Translations under genes and position numbers: made by a program
Shown here: one piece after another, positions 46,482 to 56,321 of the stretch
Layout of the letters: the number at the start of each line of letters is the position of its first letter
Position numbering within the stretch: the stretch's first letter is position 1
The notes under the pieces: model-generated
The model's database searches: none
Seen by the model: the letters and a program-made list of their open reading frames with translations, nothing else
Told to the model about the DNA's origin: nothing
Origin: an uncultured Desulfobacterales bacterium
GTDB taxonomy: Bacteria > Desulfobacterota > Desulfobaccia > Desulfobaccales > 0-14-0-80-60-11
DNA: 64,000 nucleotides
NCBI GenBank assembly: GCA_964480485.1
Contig: CAYZOP010000001.1
Location: 431,541-495,540, forward strand
Direction of reading: 5' to 3'

Positions 46482-47276
46482 TTACGGACTGCTGGGCTTG
46501 GGCGCCTCTTCCTCCGGAATCGTTTCGGGAGCCGGCGCTGGTGGCCGGCGGTAGTAGTAGAGGTAGGTGCTGTAAGCTCCGGAGGCCAGGTAGAGAAGCA
46601 TGAGGGGAAAGCCCATGAGCTCCGGGGCCGCGGCGATGACCACAAACAGCAGCACCAGGGCCACCAGACTCTGGAAGCGGCGCCGGGTAAAGAGCTCCGG
46701 CTTCTTGAAGCTGAAAAACTTGAGGTTGCTCACCATGAGGAAGGAGAGCACGTAGATCATCACCAGGATGTATTTATGCTTCTCTGGGGCCCACTCGCCC
46801 ATCTGGTAGGAAAAGCCGATGGAGGTGGCCACCACCATGGCCGCCGCCGGGATGGGCAGACCGTTGAAGTAGCGGGGGTCCATGGTGCCGGTCTGGACGT
46901 TGAAGCGGGCCAGGCGCAGAGCGCCGCAGACCACGAAGAGGAAGGCCGCCACCCAGCCGAAGCGGCCGAAGGGCTTCAGGGCCCATAAATAAACCAGCAG
47001 CGCCGGCGCCACGCCGAAGGCCACCAGGTCCGAGAGGGAATCATATTGCACCCCGAAGCTGGAGGTGCTGTGCGTCATACGGGCCACCCGGCCGTCCAGA
47101 CCGTCCAGGATCAGGGCGACGAAAATGGCCCAGGCCGCCGTCAGAAACCGCCCCTCCATGGCCGACACGATGGCGAAAAAGCCGGCGAACAGGGCGCCCG
47201 TAGTGATCAGATTGGGGAGCAGATACGCCCCCCGAATCTTACGGTCCTTCTTCTTCCGTCTGCGCCGAAATGCCAT
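46482..47276 (-). CDS. pssA: CDP-diacylglycerol--serine O-phosphatidyltransferase
   Basis: The CDP-alcohol transferase motif is DGLDGRVAR...G..YDSLSDLV. AAGGAG lies upstream of the ATG at 47276. The upstream 86 codons of the track ORF are repeat-element read-through. Confidence 0.9.
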   Translation of the reverse strand: MAFRRRRKKKDRKIRGAYLLPNLITTGALFAGFFAIVSAMEGRFLTAAWAIFVALILDGLDGRVARMTHSTSSFGVQYDSLSDLVAFGVAPALLVYLWALKPFGRFGWVAAFLFVVCGALRLARFNVQTGTMDPRYFNGLPIPAAAMVVATSIGFSYQMGEWAPEKHKYILVMIYVLSFLMVSNLKFFSFKKPELFTRRRFQSLVALVLLFVVIAAAPELMGFPLMLLYLASGAYSTYLYYYRRPPAPAPETIPEEEAPKPSSP

Positions 47277-47293
47277 GGTGCGCTCCTTTTGGC

Positions 47294-47420
47294 GGGGAGG
47301 GGGCCAGGGGCCGGTGGGCCCCTGCCTCCTCCCCGCACCCCACCTCCAAACCCCATTACGGTGGTCGGGTGGTGGTTTGGGGGAGGGCCGGGGGAACTGC
47401 GTTCCCCCGGCCCTCCCTCC
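47294..47420. repeat. G/C-rich composite palindromic element, full copy, psd-pssA intercistronic
   Basis: GGGGAGGGGGCCAGGGGCC-GGTG-GGCCCCTGCC / CCTCCAAACCCC..GGTGGTTTGGGGGAGG / GGGAGGGCCGGGGGAAC-TGC-GTTCCCCCGGCCCTCCC (a perfect 17-bp arm). Confidence 0.78.
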
Positions 47421-47430
47421 GATCAACTCA

Positions 47431-48081
47431 TCACAGCCACCTTGCCACAACGCTCTCGCCGGCGGTGAGGCGGTCGCCTTTGCGAGCGATAATCTCACAT
47501 CGTTCCGGCAAATATACGTCCACCCGAGACCCAAAACAGATCATGCCCAGGCGCTGCCCGCGCTCCAGACGGTCTCCCGGCTGGACGGTGGAGATGGTGC
47601 GCCGGGCCAGCAAACCGGCGATCTGGACGATTTTTATCCGGCACCCCGGTTCCGTTTCCACCACGGTGACCCGCCGCTCGTTGGCAGTAGCCGCGTCCTC
47701 CCGGTAGGCCGCCAGGAAGCGGCCGGGATAATGCCGGACTCCCACTACAATGCCCCCGGCCGGAGCCCGGTTGACGTGCACGTCAAAAACGTTCATGAAG
47801 ATGGCCACCCGGAGGGCCGGTCCCACGTCTCCGTCGGCCACCTCGTCCACCAGAATGACTTTGCCGTCCGCCGGGGCCACGACAGCCCGGGGATCGGCAG
47901 GCGGGATGCGCTCCGGGTCCCGAAAAAAGTAGCCGAAAAAGATTGCCGCAGCCAGGCTCAAGGTAGCAATCGACGGCCAATCCAGCGCCAGGGCCAGGAG
48001 CGCCGCGGCCAGGGCGCCGAAGATAAAGGGATAGCCCGCCCTGGCAAAGGGTCCCGGGGTTTTCGCGGCGGTTGCCGTCAT
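47431..48081 (-). CDS. psd: Phosphatidylserine decarboxylase proenzyme (short, archaeal-type)
   Basis: FFRDPER..P......V.PADGKV, and FGSRVDVYLP containing the G-S self-cleavage site. Confidence 0.85.
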   Translation of the reverse strand: MTATAAKTPGPFARAGYPFIFGALAAALLALALDWPSIATLSLAAAIFFGYFFRDPERIPPADPRAVVAPADGKVILVDEVADGDVGPALRVAIFMNVFDVHVNRAPAGGIVVGVRHYPGRFLAAYREDAATANERRVTVVETEPGCRIKIVQIAGLLARRTISTVQPGDRLERGQRLGMICFGSRVDVYLPERCEIIARKGDRLTAGESVVARWL

Positions 48082-48211
48082 AGCTTTGGAGGCGCAACCC
48101 GTCCCCGGGGGCAATGGTCCCCGGAAGTCCGGTTTCAGGGAAACGCACAGGCGATGGGGTGCCAGTCTTTCCCGCACCGCCTTGGCGGTTTTCCTTAGTC
48201 AAACTTCAGAA

Positions 48212-49204
48212 TTAGCGCTTCAACCAGGACATCAGGCTGCGGAGCTTCTTTCCCACCTCCTCGATGGGGTGCTCCGCCTCCAGGCGCCGCAGCGCGTTGA
48301 ACACCGGCCGCCCGGCCTGATTCTCCAGGATCCACTCCTTGGCGAACTCGCCGGTCTGCACCTCGGCGAGAATCTGGCGCATCTCCTCCCGGGTTTCCTC
48401 GGTGATGATGCGTTTGCCCCGGGTGTAGTCGCCGAACTCCGCGGTGTCGCTCACCGAGTAGCGCATGTAGCTGATGCCGCCCTGGTAGAAGAGGTCCACA
48501 ATGAGCTTGAGCTCATGCAGGCACTCGTAATAGGCGATTTCCGGGGCGTAGCCCGCCTCCACCAGGGTGTCAAAGCCGGCCTTCACCAGCTCGGAAACGC
48601 CGCCGCAGAGCACGCACTGCTCGCCGAAGAGGTCGGTTTCGGTCTCCTCCTTGAACGTGGTCTCCAGCACTGCGGCCCTCGTGGCGCCGATGCCTTTGGC
48701 GTAGGCCAGCGCGGTTTTCATGGCGTTGCCCGAGGCGTCCTGATGCACCGCCACCAGACACGGCACCCCGGCGCCCTTCTCGTATTCGCTCCTCACCAGA
48801 TGCCCCGGACCCTTGGGGGCCACCATGATCACGTCGATGGAAGGGTCAGGAACGATTTGCCCGTAATGAATGTTGAACCCATGGGAAAACAGCAGCGTCT
48901 TGCCGTTCATATGGGGCTTGAGATCGTTTTCATAGAGCCGGGCCTGGACGTGGTCCTGGGTGAGGATCTGCACCACCGCCGCCTGGGCTGCGGCCTCGGC
49001 CGCGCTCACCGGCTTGAAGCCGTATTTCACCGCCAGCTCGTAGTTGGGGGTGCCGGGCATCTCGGAAACGATGACGTCCACCCCGCTGTCTCTCAGGTTC
49101 AACGCCTGGGCGTGACCCTGGGAGCCGAAGCCGATGATGGCCACTTTTTTTCCGGATAAGACAGCTAAATCCGCGTCCTGGTCATAGTAGATGGTGATCG
49201 CCAT
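48212..49204 (-). CDS. ilvC: Ketol-acid reductoisomerase
   Basis: IYYDQDADL..., [26 protein letters not shown] lies upstream of the ATG at 49204. Confidence 0.97.
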   Translation of the reverse strand: MAITIYYDQDADLAVLSGKKVAIIGFGSQGHAQALNLRDSGVDVIVSEMPGTPNYELAVKYGFKPVSAAEAAAQAAVVQILTQDHVQARLYENDLKPHMNGKTLLFSHGFNIHYGQIVPDPSIDVIMVAPKGPGHLVRSEYEKGAGVPCLVAVHQDASGNAMKTALAYAKGIGATRAAVLETTFKEETETDLFGEQCVLCGGVSELVKAGFDTLVEAGYAPEIAYYECLHELKLIVDLFYQGGISYMRYSVSDTAEFGDYTRGKRIITEETREEMRQILAEVQTGEFAKEWILENQAGRPVFNALRRLEAEHPIEEVGKKLRSLMSWLKR

Positions 49205-49228
49205 GCAGGCTCCTTTCCCTGGCAAAAA

Positions 49229-49549
49229 TCAATACGAGAGAATCTTGTCCGCCTTCTTCACCTGTTCATGGAGAATCTTCATATTCCCCAGTTGGATGGG
49301 GGCGGCGGCCTCCGCACCGCGGAGGGCGAGGCATTTCCCTCAGGCATAGAGGACGCCTTCGCTCAAGCCGAAGAGCTTGGCCCGTTCCCGAATGGGAAAT
49401 AGGGGGGAATCACCGGCATACAGATCGGTGGCCGGACCGTTGAGAAACACCGTGACCTCTTCCCCCTCGTTGAGGAGAACATTGGCGAACCGCAGGGCAT
49501 TCCATTTGATTTGCGGGTCCGGGGTGGAAAGCACAAGGAGCACCTGCAT
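49229..49549 (-). CDS. DsrE-like sulfur-relay family protein read through an in-frame UGA (candidate selenoprotein, U at codon 70, U-G-K-C motif)
   Basis: Track ORF 49340..49732 ends ...GLSEGVLYA-TGA. The same frame continues GKCLALRGAEAAAPIQLGNMKILHEQVKKADKILSY-TGA(49229). The joined 106-aa product has the length and layout of DsrE-like proteins, with the UGA where they carry the conserved Cys. Confidence 0.68.
49307..49327 (-). promoter_or_regulatory. SECIS-like hairpin downstream of the DsrE-like UGA
   Basis: The mRNA reads UGA-N14-CCUCCGC-GGU-GCGGAGG. This is a 7-bp GC-rich stem extendable by 2 bp, with GGU in the apical loop about 21 nt after UGA. Confidence 0.5.
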
Positions 49550-49559
49550 GAGCCGGCCT

Positions 49560-50063
49560 CTAATCCTTCTTGGCCCGCTGGATGGCCAAGGAGCCGCTCC
49601 GAACCACGTCCAGGATGCCGTGGATCTTGAGGAGGCCCAGCACCGCCTCCAGTTTTTCGTGGGTGCCGGTGATCTCCAGGGTGTAGGTGGTGGGGCTGAC
49701 GTCCACCACCCGGCAGCGGAAGATGTCGGCAATTCTCAGCACTTCGGCCCGGGATTTTTCTTCGGCCTTGACGGTGACCAAGGCCATTTCCCGCTCCACA
49801 TGCTCCAGTTCGCTTAAGTCCACCACCTTGACGGTGTTGATAAGTTTGCGCAACTGTTTGATGATCTGTTCGATGATCTGCTCGTCGCCGCTTGTGACCA
49901 GGGTGATGCGGGAGACGGCCGGGTCCATGGTTTCGGCCACACACAGGGATTCGATGTTGAAGCCCCGGCCGGAAAACAGCCCGGTGACCCGGGAGAGCAC
50001 CCCGGGCTGGTTGTCCACCCACACGGAAATGGTATGCCGCCTGACATTTTTCGCCGATTCCAT
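49560..50063 (-). CDS. ilvN: Acetolactate synthase small (regulatory) subunit
   Basis: HTISVWVDNQPGVLSRVTGLFSGRGFNIESL is the ACT domain. TAAGGAGA lies upstream of the ATG at 50063. Confidence 0.93.
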   Translation of the reverse strand: MESAKNVRRHTISVWVDNQPGVLSRVTGLFSGRGFNIESLCVAETMDPAVSRITLVTSGDEQIIEQIIKQLRKLINTVKVVDLSELEHVEREMALVTVKAEEKSRAEVLRIADIFRCRVVDVSPTTYTLEITGTHEKLEAVLGLLKIHGILDVVRSGSLAIQRAKKD

Positions 50064-50074
50064 TCTCGATCTCC

Positions 50075-51778
50075 TTATGCCAAGAGCATCTCGTGGGTGG
50101 CCTTGCCCGGCGGCACCATGGGCATGACGCACTCCTCCCGGTCCACCACGAAGTCCATGACCACCGGCCGGGGAGTCTCCATGGCTTTCCTGATCACCGG
50201 CTCCACTTCCTCGGGCTTGGTGGCCCGCAAACCCACCGCGCCGAAGGCCTCGGCCACCTTGACGAAGTCCGGCTGGGCCGAGAGGTCCGTGGCGCTGTAG
50301 CGCCGGTCGTAGAGCAGCTGCTGCCACTGGCGCACCATCCCTAAGAAATTGTTGTTCAGGATGGCGATCTTCACCGGCAGGTTGTTCTCCACCACGGTGG
50401 TGAGTTCCTGAATGTTCATCAGGATGCTGCCGTCGCCGGCGATGTCGATGACGATGTCGCCCGCCCTGGCCACCTGCACCCCCATGGCCGCAGGGAAGCC
50501 GTAGCCCATGGCCCCCAGGCCGCCGGAGGTCATGAACTGGCGGGCCCGCTTGAAGCGGAAGAACTGGGCGGCCCACATCTGGTTCTGACCCACCTCGGTG
50601 GTGATGTAGGCATCGCCCCCGGTCACCTCCCAGAGCTTTTCCACCACGAACTGGGGCTTGATGACTTCCTTAGATTTTTTGTATTTCAGCGGGTGCTTCT
50701 TTTCCCAGCCCCGGATGCGCTCCAGCCATTCTTCCCGGATGGCGGCCCAGTCCCGGGTCTCCTCTTTTTTCACCAGGTTGTTCAACTGGTGGAGGGCATC
50801 CCGGCAGTCGCCCACGATGGGAATGTCCACCACCACGTTCTTGCTGATGGAGCTGGGGTCCACGTCCACGTGGATGATCTTGGCGTGGGGCGCGAAGGCG
50901 TCCAGGCGGCCGGTGACCCGGTCGTCGAAGCGGGCCCCCACGGCGATGAGCACGTCGGAGTTGGCCACCGCCATGTTGGCGCAGTAGGTGCCGTGCATCC
51001 CCAGCATGCCCATCCACAGGGGATGGATGCCGGGAAAGCCGCCCAGCCCCATGAGGGTGCTGGTCACCGGAATCTGCAGGGCCTCGGCGAATTTCACCAG
51101 CTCCGCCGAGGCGTTGCTGTGAATGATGCCGCCGCCGGTATAGAGCACCGGCTGCTTGGCCGCCAGGATGAGGTCCAGGGCCCGCTTCACCTGCCGAGGG
51201 TTGGCGTGCAGCGTCGGCTGGTAGCTGACGATCTTGATGTCCTTCGGGTTGATGGGCTCCGGCACCATGCTGGCCTGCTGAACGTTCTTGGGGAGGTCCA
51301 CCAGGACGGGCCCCGGCCGGCCCGAACGGGCGATGTAAAAGGCTTCGTGAATGGTGCGGGCCAAATGCTTGATGTCCGTCACCAGGTAGTTGTGCTTGGT
51401 GCAGGGCCGGGTGATGCCCACGATGTCCACTTCCTGGAAGGCGTCGTTGCCGATGAGCGCCGTGGGCACCTGGCCGGTGAAGACCACGATGGGGATGGAG
51501 TCCATGTAGGCGCTGGCGATGCCGGTCACCGTGTTGGTGGCGCCGGGACCGGACGTCACCAGGGCCACCCCCACTTTGTCCGCCGCCCGGGCGTAGCCGT
51601 CCGCGGCATGCACCGCCGCTTGTTCGTGGCGCACCAGGTAGTGCTTGATATGGGGCCGCCGGGTAAGTTCGTCATAGATGTCAATGACCGCCCCTCCGGG
51701 GTAGCCGAAGATGTGCTGCACCCCTTCCTTCTCCAGGCAGTCTAAAATGATCTGGGCGCCCGTCCTTTTCGTGCTCAT
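50075..51778 (-). CDS. ilvB: Acetolactate synthase large subunit
   Basis: TPP enzyme motifs are present ([28 protein letters not shown]...NN). The 567 aa length is typical. Confidence 0.97.
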   Translation of the reverse strand: MSTKRTGAQIILDCLEKEGVQHIFGYPGGAVIDIYDELTRRPHIKHYLVRHEQAAVHAADGYARAADKVGVALVTSGPGATNTVTGIASAYMDSIPIVVFTGQVPTALIGNDAFQEVDIVGITRPCTKHNYLVTDIKHLARTIHEAFYIARSGRPGPVLVDLPKNVQQASMVPEPINPKDIKIVSYQPTLHANPRQVKRALDLILAAKQPVLYTGGGIIHSNASAELVKFAEALQIPVTSTLMGLGGFPGIHPLWMGMLGMHGTYCANMAVANSDVLIAVGARFDDRVTGRLDAFAPHAKIIHVDVDPSSISKNVVVDIPIVGDCRDALHQLNNLVKKEETRDWAAIREEWLERIRGWEKKHPLKYKKSKEVIKPQFVVEKLWEVTGGDAYITTEVGQNQMWAAQFFRFKRARQFMTSGGLGAMGYGFPAAMGVQVARAGDIVIDIAGDGSILMNIQELTTVVENNLPVKIAILNNNFLGMVRQWQQLLYDRRYSATDLSAQPDFVKVAEAFGAVGLRATKPEEVEPVIRKAMETPRPVVMDFVVDREECVMPMVPPGKATHEMLLA

Positions 51779-52011
51779 GTGACTGCTTCCTTTTCCCGAT
51801 ACTTGGCCAAAATCTGCTCAATGCGGTCCCGGCCGGCCAGTTTCAGTTTCTGCAACCGTTTCTTTTCCAGGGTCTCTTCACTGGTTAAATACGGGCGGCG
51901 GTTAAATTCCTCCAGCCGGCGTTCGAATTCCTCGTGCTCTTCCATGCGGCGCTTCAGTTCCGGGTCCTGGTCGATGAAGCGCTGGATGAGGTCCAAATCC
52001 TGTTTCTCCAT
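51775..52011 (-). CDS. DUF465 (YdcH-like) coiled-coil protein
   Basis: The 78-aa charged helical sequence ([21 protein letters not shown].....[16 protein letters not shown]) has an ATGA overlap with ilvB. Confidence 0.7.
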   Translation of the reverse strand: MEKQDLDLIQRFIDQDPELKRRMEEHEEFERRLEEFNRRPYLTSEETLEKKRLQKLKLAGRDRIEQILAKYREKEAVT

Positions 52012-52053
52012 GGCCCTGCCTCATTAAACTCTGAAAAATCCAGGTAGCCTTTG

Positions 52054-52082
52054 ATTCTAAAAAAATTCCCGATAGTTGTCAA
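52054..52082 (-). promoter_or_regulatory. Sigma-70-type promoter for the DUF465-ilvBN...leuC operon
   Basis: On the reverse strand, TTGACA (52082-52077), 17 nt, then TAGAAT (52059-54). It lies about 40 nt upstream of the ATG at 52011. Confidence 0.6.
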
Positions 52083-52300
52083 TCAACCTGTGTTTTTCTC
52101 CAGGGTTTTGCCCTTACCGCCTGCCTTGAGCCCTCAGGCGCACAGCATGGGCCGCTGGCGCGCCGCAAGGAGGCGCCTCCGCCTTGTCGGACCTCGAGGG
52201 TTCCGGGGGGTGGGGAGGCGCAGGCACGCCCTTGCAGAGAAAGGGGGGGAAACAAGGCGGGAGCGCCGGGGAGACAGGCTAAGCCGGCAGTTTTGCAGGC

Positions 52301-52338
52301 CTAAACAAGAAGGAGCCATGCGGGTTCCGCATGGCTCC
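52301..52338 (-). terminator. Intrinsic terminator (12-bp perfect stem plus U-rich tail) about 155 nt downstream of the 52493 gene
   Basis: The reverse strand reads GGAGCCAUGCGG-AAC-CCGCAUGGCUCC-UUCUUGUUU. Confidence 0.6.
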
Positions 52339-52492
52339 TTCCGCCCATACAGCCAGGTGGGACTGCAACCCCCACATACCTTCGCCTTCCAGAAGCAGTG
52401 CTTGAGGCGGGCCGGCAATGCAGAATTTCCGGTCCTCTGGCTGCTGGTTCTGATATTACGATAAGCACTCCTTTTTTCGATGCAAGGGGGGC

Positions 52493-53401
52493 CTAAAAAT
52501 TTTTTTCCAGGGAAGCAAGCGGGGTCCAAACAGTCCGGGCCGCGGGCGTGGCGGCGGCCACCGCCGCCGGCGCGGCCTGGCCCGGAGGGCGGCCTCCCGC
52601 CTGCATAATCTCCTGCAATTGCAGGCGTTTGGCCCCTGGGAGCAGGGTGCCGCTCACCTTGCCGAACCTCAACAGACGGGTCCAGGCCCGGGTGGCCACC
52701 CCATCCTGGTCCAGGAGGGCAAAGATCTGTTTGCCCTCGGTCTCCACGATGTCGGTATCCAAAATGATGGTCACCCGGCGGCCTTCAGCGGTCTGGGGGC
52801 CCACCTGAAGCACCACGTCTTCCGGTTTGGGATACGGGATGCTGGGCAGGCGAAGAATATCCCCCTCCTTCGCCGCCTTCAGGTTCAGGCGCTGGTTGTA
52901 ATAGAAACTGATGGGGTCATACATGGGCCGGTCCAGGACCGTCTGCCATTTCTTCACCATGCTCCTTTGGCGCCGGTCCCACCTCCAGAGCTCCACCCGC
53001 TTGTCCTGGTAGTGGAAGCGGTACTCCATGACGGAGAGCTTGCCCCGACGGTGGGTTTCCTCCCGATAGAGGAGGGGCTTGAACTGACCGCCCTCCCAGA
53101 CCATTTCCGTGGTGAACCGGCCCTGCCAGTTGCCGCTGAGGACTCCCAGCAGGCCCCGGGCCTGGCCGGTGATCTCCGCCCGGTAGCGGCCGGGTGTCAG
53201 CCGGTTCAAGGTCACCACGGCAGGGATGGAATCGTTGAAAAACCAGAAATCCACTTGATAGCGGAGCTCTTCCAGAAGCTGACCGGGGCTCTGCGGCCGG
53301 ACCCCAACCGCAGGCGCCGGCCCGGCCAGGAAACAGCAGATGACCAGAAGCGCCCCGGCAAGCAGGGCCAGGGTTACGGGCCAGGTGGTCTTATCGCTCA
53401 T
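52493..53401 (-). CDS. Exported/anchored protein of unknown function (possibly DUF3108-like)
   Basis: An N-terminal hydrophobic anchor (WPVTLALLAGALLVICCFLAG) is followed by a beta-rich body (LRYQVDFWFF...). The family call is tentative. Confidence 0.55.
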   Translation of the reverse strand: MSDKTTWPVTLALLAGALLVICCFLAGPAPAVGVRPQSPGQLLEELRYQVDFWFFNDSIPAVVTLNRLTPGRYRAEITGQARGLLGVLSGNWQGRFTTEMVWEGGQFKPLLYREETHRRGKLSVMEYRFHYQDKRVELWRWDRRQRSMVKKWQTVLDRPMYDPISFYYNQRLNLKAAKEGDILRLPSIPYPKPEDVVLQVGPQTAEGRRVTIILDTDIVETEGKQIFALLDQDGVATRAWTRLLRFGKVSGTLLPGAKRLQLQEIMQAGGRPPGQAAPAAVAAATPAARTVWTPLASLEKNF

Positions 53402-53567
53402 AGGGTGGTTTCCGACCAACGGTCTGTGACTGCCTTCGGCGGCGCAGCCGAAAAAGCCACGGCGACCGCCCCTTGGGGTTTTTCTTCTGAGGCTCCGTCT
53501 TTGCCCCGGAGTCTGTCAATTATTGCACATTTTCCGGTGAATATTCCCGAAAAATCCCACCTCCGCC

Positions 53568-53882
53568 TCAATCCCCGGTCTCCCCTGGCGGCCGTCCGGG
53601 ACCACCCCAGACACCCACGTTGAAACGCTCCTGCCACCACTCCGACAGGTCGGCCTCTTCTTCCGTCTCCTCCAGGTGGTACCGGTAGTGCTCCACAAAG
53701 GTCTTCAGCCGCTGGTAGGCCGCGTTGATCACCTGCATCCGCCGCCGGAACTCTTCCTCTTCGCCGGCCGGCGCCCGGTCGGGGTGCCAGCGCCGGGCGG
53801 CCCGACGATAGGCGTCCCGGATCTCCTGCCGGGTGGCCTCCGCCCCCAGGCCCAGACGCTCCCGGGCTTCTTTGAGGGTCAT
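53568..53882 (-). CDS. Small J-domain (DnaJ-like) protein
   Basis: MTLKEARERLGLGAEATRQEIRDAYRRAARRWHPDR contains the HPD motif. The alternative ATG lies at 53909. Confidence 0.7.
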   Translation of the reverse strand: MTLKEARERLGLGAEATRQEIRDAYRRAARRWHPDRAPAGEEEEFRRRMQVINAAYQRLKTFVEHYRYHLEETEEEADLSEWWQERFNVGVWGGPGRPPGETGD

Positions 53883-54136
53883 GGTCGTGGTTCGGTCCGG
53901 AGCCGCCATGGGGCAACCGCCAAGAGCCGGCCGGGGTTCGGCACCCAGCCGAGGGTTGGGATCCAAAACATTTTTCCTGCTTAGGATTATACGGCATGCC
54001 ACTGCAAGAATAAACCGGCGAGCGCGGCCAGGATCGAAAAGGCCGTTCCCAGGCGCTCTTTCCCTGCCTTTACTTGTCATCCCCACCCGAACGTGGTAAG
54101 GTAAAGTAATCTTTGCAAAAGAGGAAACCCAATCGC

Positions 54137-54691
54137 ATGCCTGTGGACAAGCGCCTGGCCCTGACGGGGGTGGAACTCAACCAGACCCTGGATATGCTGG
54201 TCAAGGAGATCGTCACGGCCTATGCCGACCTCCGGGGAGTGGTGGTGGTGGGCATCCGCACCGGGGGCGCCTATCTGGCCCAGCGGCTGGCGGAAAAATT
54301 GGGCCGTCGGGCCCCGGAGCCCCTCAAGGTGGGGGTCCTGGACATTACCTTGTACCGGGACGATTGGACCCGCATCAGCCACAAGCCTCTGGTGGGGAAG
54401 ACGGAGCTTCCCGTCTCCATTGACGACCAGGAGGTGCTCCTGGTGGATGACGTCCTGTTCACCGGCCGCACCATCCGGGCGGCGTTGGACGCCCTGATGG
54501 ACTATGGCCGGCCCAAACGCATCCGCCTGGCGGTGCTGGTGGACCGGGGCGGCCGGGAGCTGCCCATCTGTCCCGACTTTGTGGGCCTGACCCTGGACTT
54601 GCCGCCGCATCAGCGGGTGAACGTCTATCTGGCGGAAATGGGCCAAGCCGATGCGGTGGCCATCGAGTCCGGGCAACCGGAGCGCTCATGA
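54137..54691 (+). CDS. pyrR: Bifunctional pyrimidine operon regulator / uracil phosphoribosyltransferase
   Basis: VVVGIRTGG, the PRPP loop VLLVDDVLFTGRTIRAAL, and VLVDRGGRELPI. GAGGAA lies upstream of the ATG at 54137. Confidence 0.9.
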   Translation: MPVDKRLALTGVELNQTLDMLVKEIVTAYADLRGVVVVGIRTGGAYLAQRLAEKLGRRAPEPLKVGVLDITLYRDDWTRISHKPLVGKTELPVSIDDQEVLLVDDVLFTGRTIRAALDALMDYGRPKRIRLAVLVDRGGRELPICPDFVGLTLDLPPHQRVNVYLAEMGQADAVAIESGQPERS

Positions 54692-55920
54692 GCCCGAGCC
54701 GGAGAAGACCCGCCGCCCCTGCTCCCTTGCCGCCTCTGACCCCGGAGGCCGAGGCCCTGCTGGCCCAGCGCCTGGCAACGGTGCAGGCCGCCCTGGCGGC
54801 CGGGGCCGGGGTGGAGGAACTGGTGCACCTCCTGGGCCCGGCGCCGGCGGATCCCGCTTGGCATGACCATCTGCTGGCGGCCCTGGCCAAACTGGCCCAC
54901 CCGGCCACCCCGCCCCTCCTGGCCGCCCTTTTCGGCCAAGACCCGGAACGCGGCCGCCGCAAGGCCCTCAAACGGGCCCTCCACCTGCTCAGAACCCAGG
55001 GGGTGCCGGTGGCCGACGACGTGCTGCCCCGGGAGGCCCGCCCGGCAGCTCCCGGCGCGGCGCCGGTGGTGGCCCGGGTGTCCCCGGTGCTGGGCAACGG
55101 CGAGCGCTACGCTGTCCTGGAGGGCAGCCGGCAGGCCCTGGGAGCCACCATGGTGGTGGTCCGGCTGAGCGACACCGCCGGCCTCCTGGAACTGCACGCC
55201 CTGGAGGCCAACCGGGCCCAGCGGGAGGAACTCTGGCAGCATTTCCGGGAACAGGGGCTGGCTGACTGGGCCGAAGCGCCCGTGGCGTATGTGGGGAGCC
55301 TCCTGGAAGCGGCCTATGCCCTCAATCCTGCCGCACCGGCGGCGGCAGACTATGGAGGGCTCCGCAGCCGTCTGTGGCAGTTGTGGGGCAATCCCGAGGC
55401 GGCTTCCGATCCGGAGGCAGAGGTGCCTCCCTTGAGGGAACCGGAGGTGGCCGCGGCTCTGGAGCGCGCCCGGGAACTGGCCCAACATCCCCTGTTCCAC
55501 ACCTGGCTCCCCGGCCCCGAAGAAGTTACCCCGTGGGTGGAGAAAATCAAGGAAGCGGAAGCCAGCCCCCTGATCCTGGCGGAGCATCAACAGCGGGCAA
55601 GATTGGAGGGCATCCTGCTGGAGGCCGCCCGCACCCTTTACCCGCCGGAAAGCCGGGTTCTCTGGCACCGGCGTCTCGTGCACCAGGCCTATTTTTTCCG
55701 GCTCCGCCACCTGCCCGGGGAGGCCCGGGTGGTGCGGGCTGCGGCCCAGGACCTGGCTTCCCGGGCAGCCAGCCCCCTGATGGGCGACAACCCCTTGCTG
55801 CTGGCCCTGGTGCAGTTCGCCGTCGGCCTGGCCCTGGAATATCAGCGCCAAATGCAGCCGGGCAAGGCTGGGGGCGTGGTAGCGCCCCCCGCCGCCTCCC
55901 CCCTGATCGTGACGAGGTGA
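54688..55920 (+). CDS. Hypothetical protein (410 aa, Ala/Leu/Pro-rich, helical)
   Basis: An ATGA overlap with pyrR. The third-position GC bias is consistent through the ORF, and no domain was recognised. Confidence 0.6.
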   Translation: MSPSRRRPAAPAPLPPLTPEAEALLAQRLATVQAALAAGAGVEELVHLLGPAPADPAWHDHLLAALAKLAHPATPPLLAALFGQDPERGRRKALKRALHLLRTQGVPVADDVLPREARPAAPGAAPVVARVSPVLGNGERYAVLEGSRQALGATMVVVRLSDTAGLLELHALEANRAQREELWQHFREQGLADWAEAPVAYVGSLLEAAYALNPAAPAAADYGGLRSRLWQLWGNPEAASDPEAEVPPLREPEVAAALERARELAQHPLFHTWLPGPEEVTPWVEKIKEAEASPLILAEHQQRARLEGILLEAARTLYPPESRVLWHRRLVHQAYFFRLRHLPGEARVVRAAAQDLASRAASPLMGDNPLLLALVQFAVGLALEYQRQMQPGKAGGVVAPPAASPLIVTR

Positions 55921-56321
55921 CGGTGCTCCACACCCTGGCGGTAAAAACCGGCGCCCCAACCGAGCTAATAGACCTGACCTCCCGGGTCCAGGAAGTGGTG
56001 CGGCAAAGCGGGGTGACCGAGGGCGTCTGCCGAATCTTCGTACCTCACACCACCGCCGGGATTACCATCAATGAGAATGCCGACCCCACGGTCAAGGGCG
56101 ACATCCTCATGGTGCTGAACAAGATCATCAGCGACCGGGAGCCCTATCGCCATGCGGAAGGCAACTCCCCGGCCCATATCAAGGCCTCCCTCATGGGAGC
56201 CGGCCTCACGGTGCTCATCAGCGGCGGGCGGCTGTTGTTGGGAACCTGGCAGGGGATTTTCCTGTGCGAATTCGACGGGCCCCGGACCCGCAAGGTTCAC
56301 GTCAAGGTCAGTGAGGGCTGA
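55917..56321 (+). CDS. yjbQ: YjbQ/UPF0047 family protein (secondary thiamine-phosphate synthase-like)
   Basis: GVCRIFVPHTTAGITINENADP.V..D........P....Y.H.EGNS.AHIKASL.G is the typical YjbQ signature. The GTG start overlaps the upstream stop (GTGA). Confidence 0.85.
   Translation: MTVLHTLAVKTGAPTELIDLTSRVQEVVRQSGVTEGVCRIFVPHTTAGITINENADPTVKGDILMVLNKIISDREPYRHAEGNSPAHIKASLMGAGLTVLISGGRLLLGTWQGIFLCEFDGPRTRKVHVKVSEG

Noticed and set aside
52340-52480. Leader-peptide or T-box attenuator idea for the ilv-leu operon. A reverse-strand reading begins GTG-CTT-ATC-GTA-ATA (M-L-I-V-I...) and ends W-L-L-L-V at the terminator.
   Set aside because: The GTG overlaps the only SD-like AAGGAG with zero spacing, and the ORF is 66 codons and not BCAA-rich overall. 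I found no T-box consensus (GGGUGGNACCGCG) or specifier-loop features. A near-consensus promoter lies downstream of the terminator, so the hairpin more likely ends the upstream transcript.
54087-54136. PyrR-binding anti-antiterminator hairpin (UCCAGAGAGGC-type loop) upstream of pyrR.
   Set aside because: The motif is not present in the pyrR 5' region or anywhere obvious in the window.
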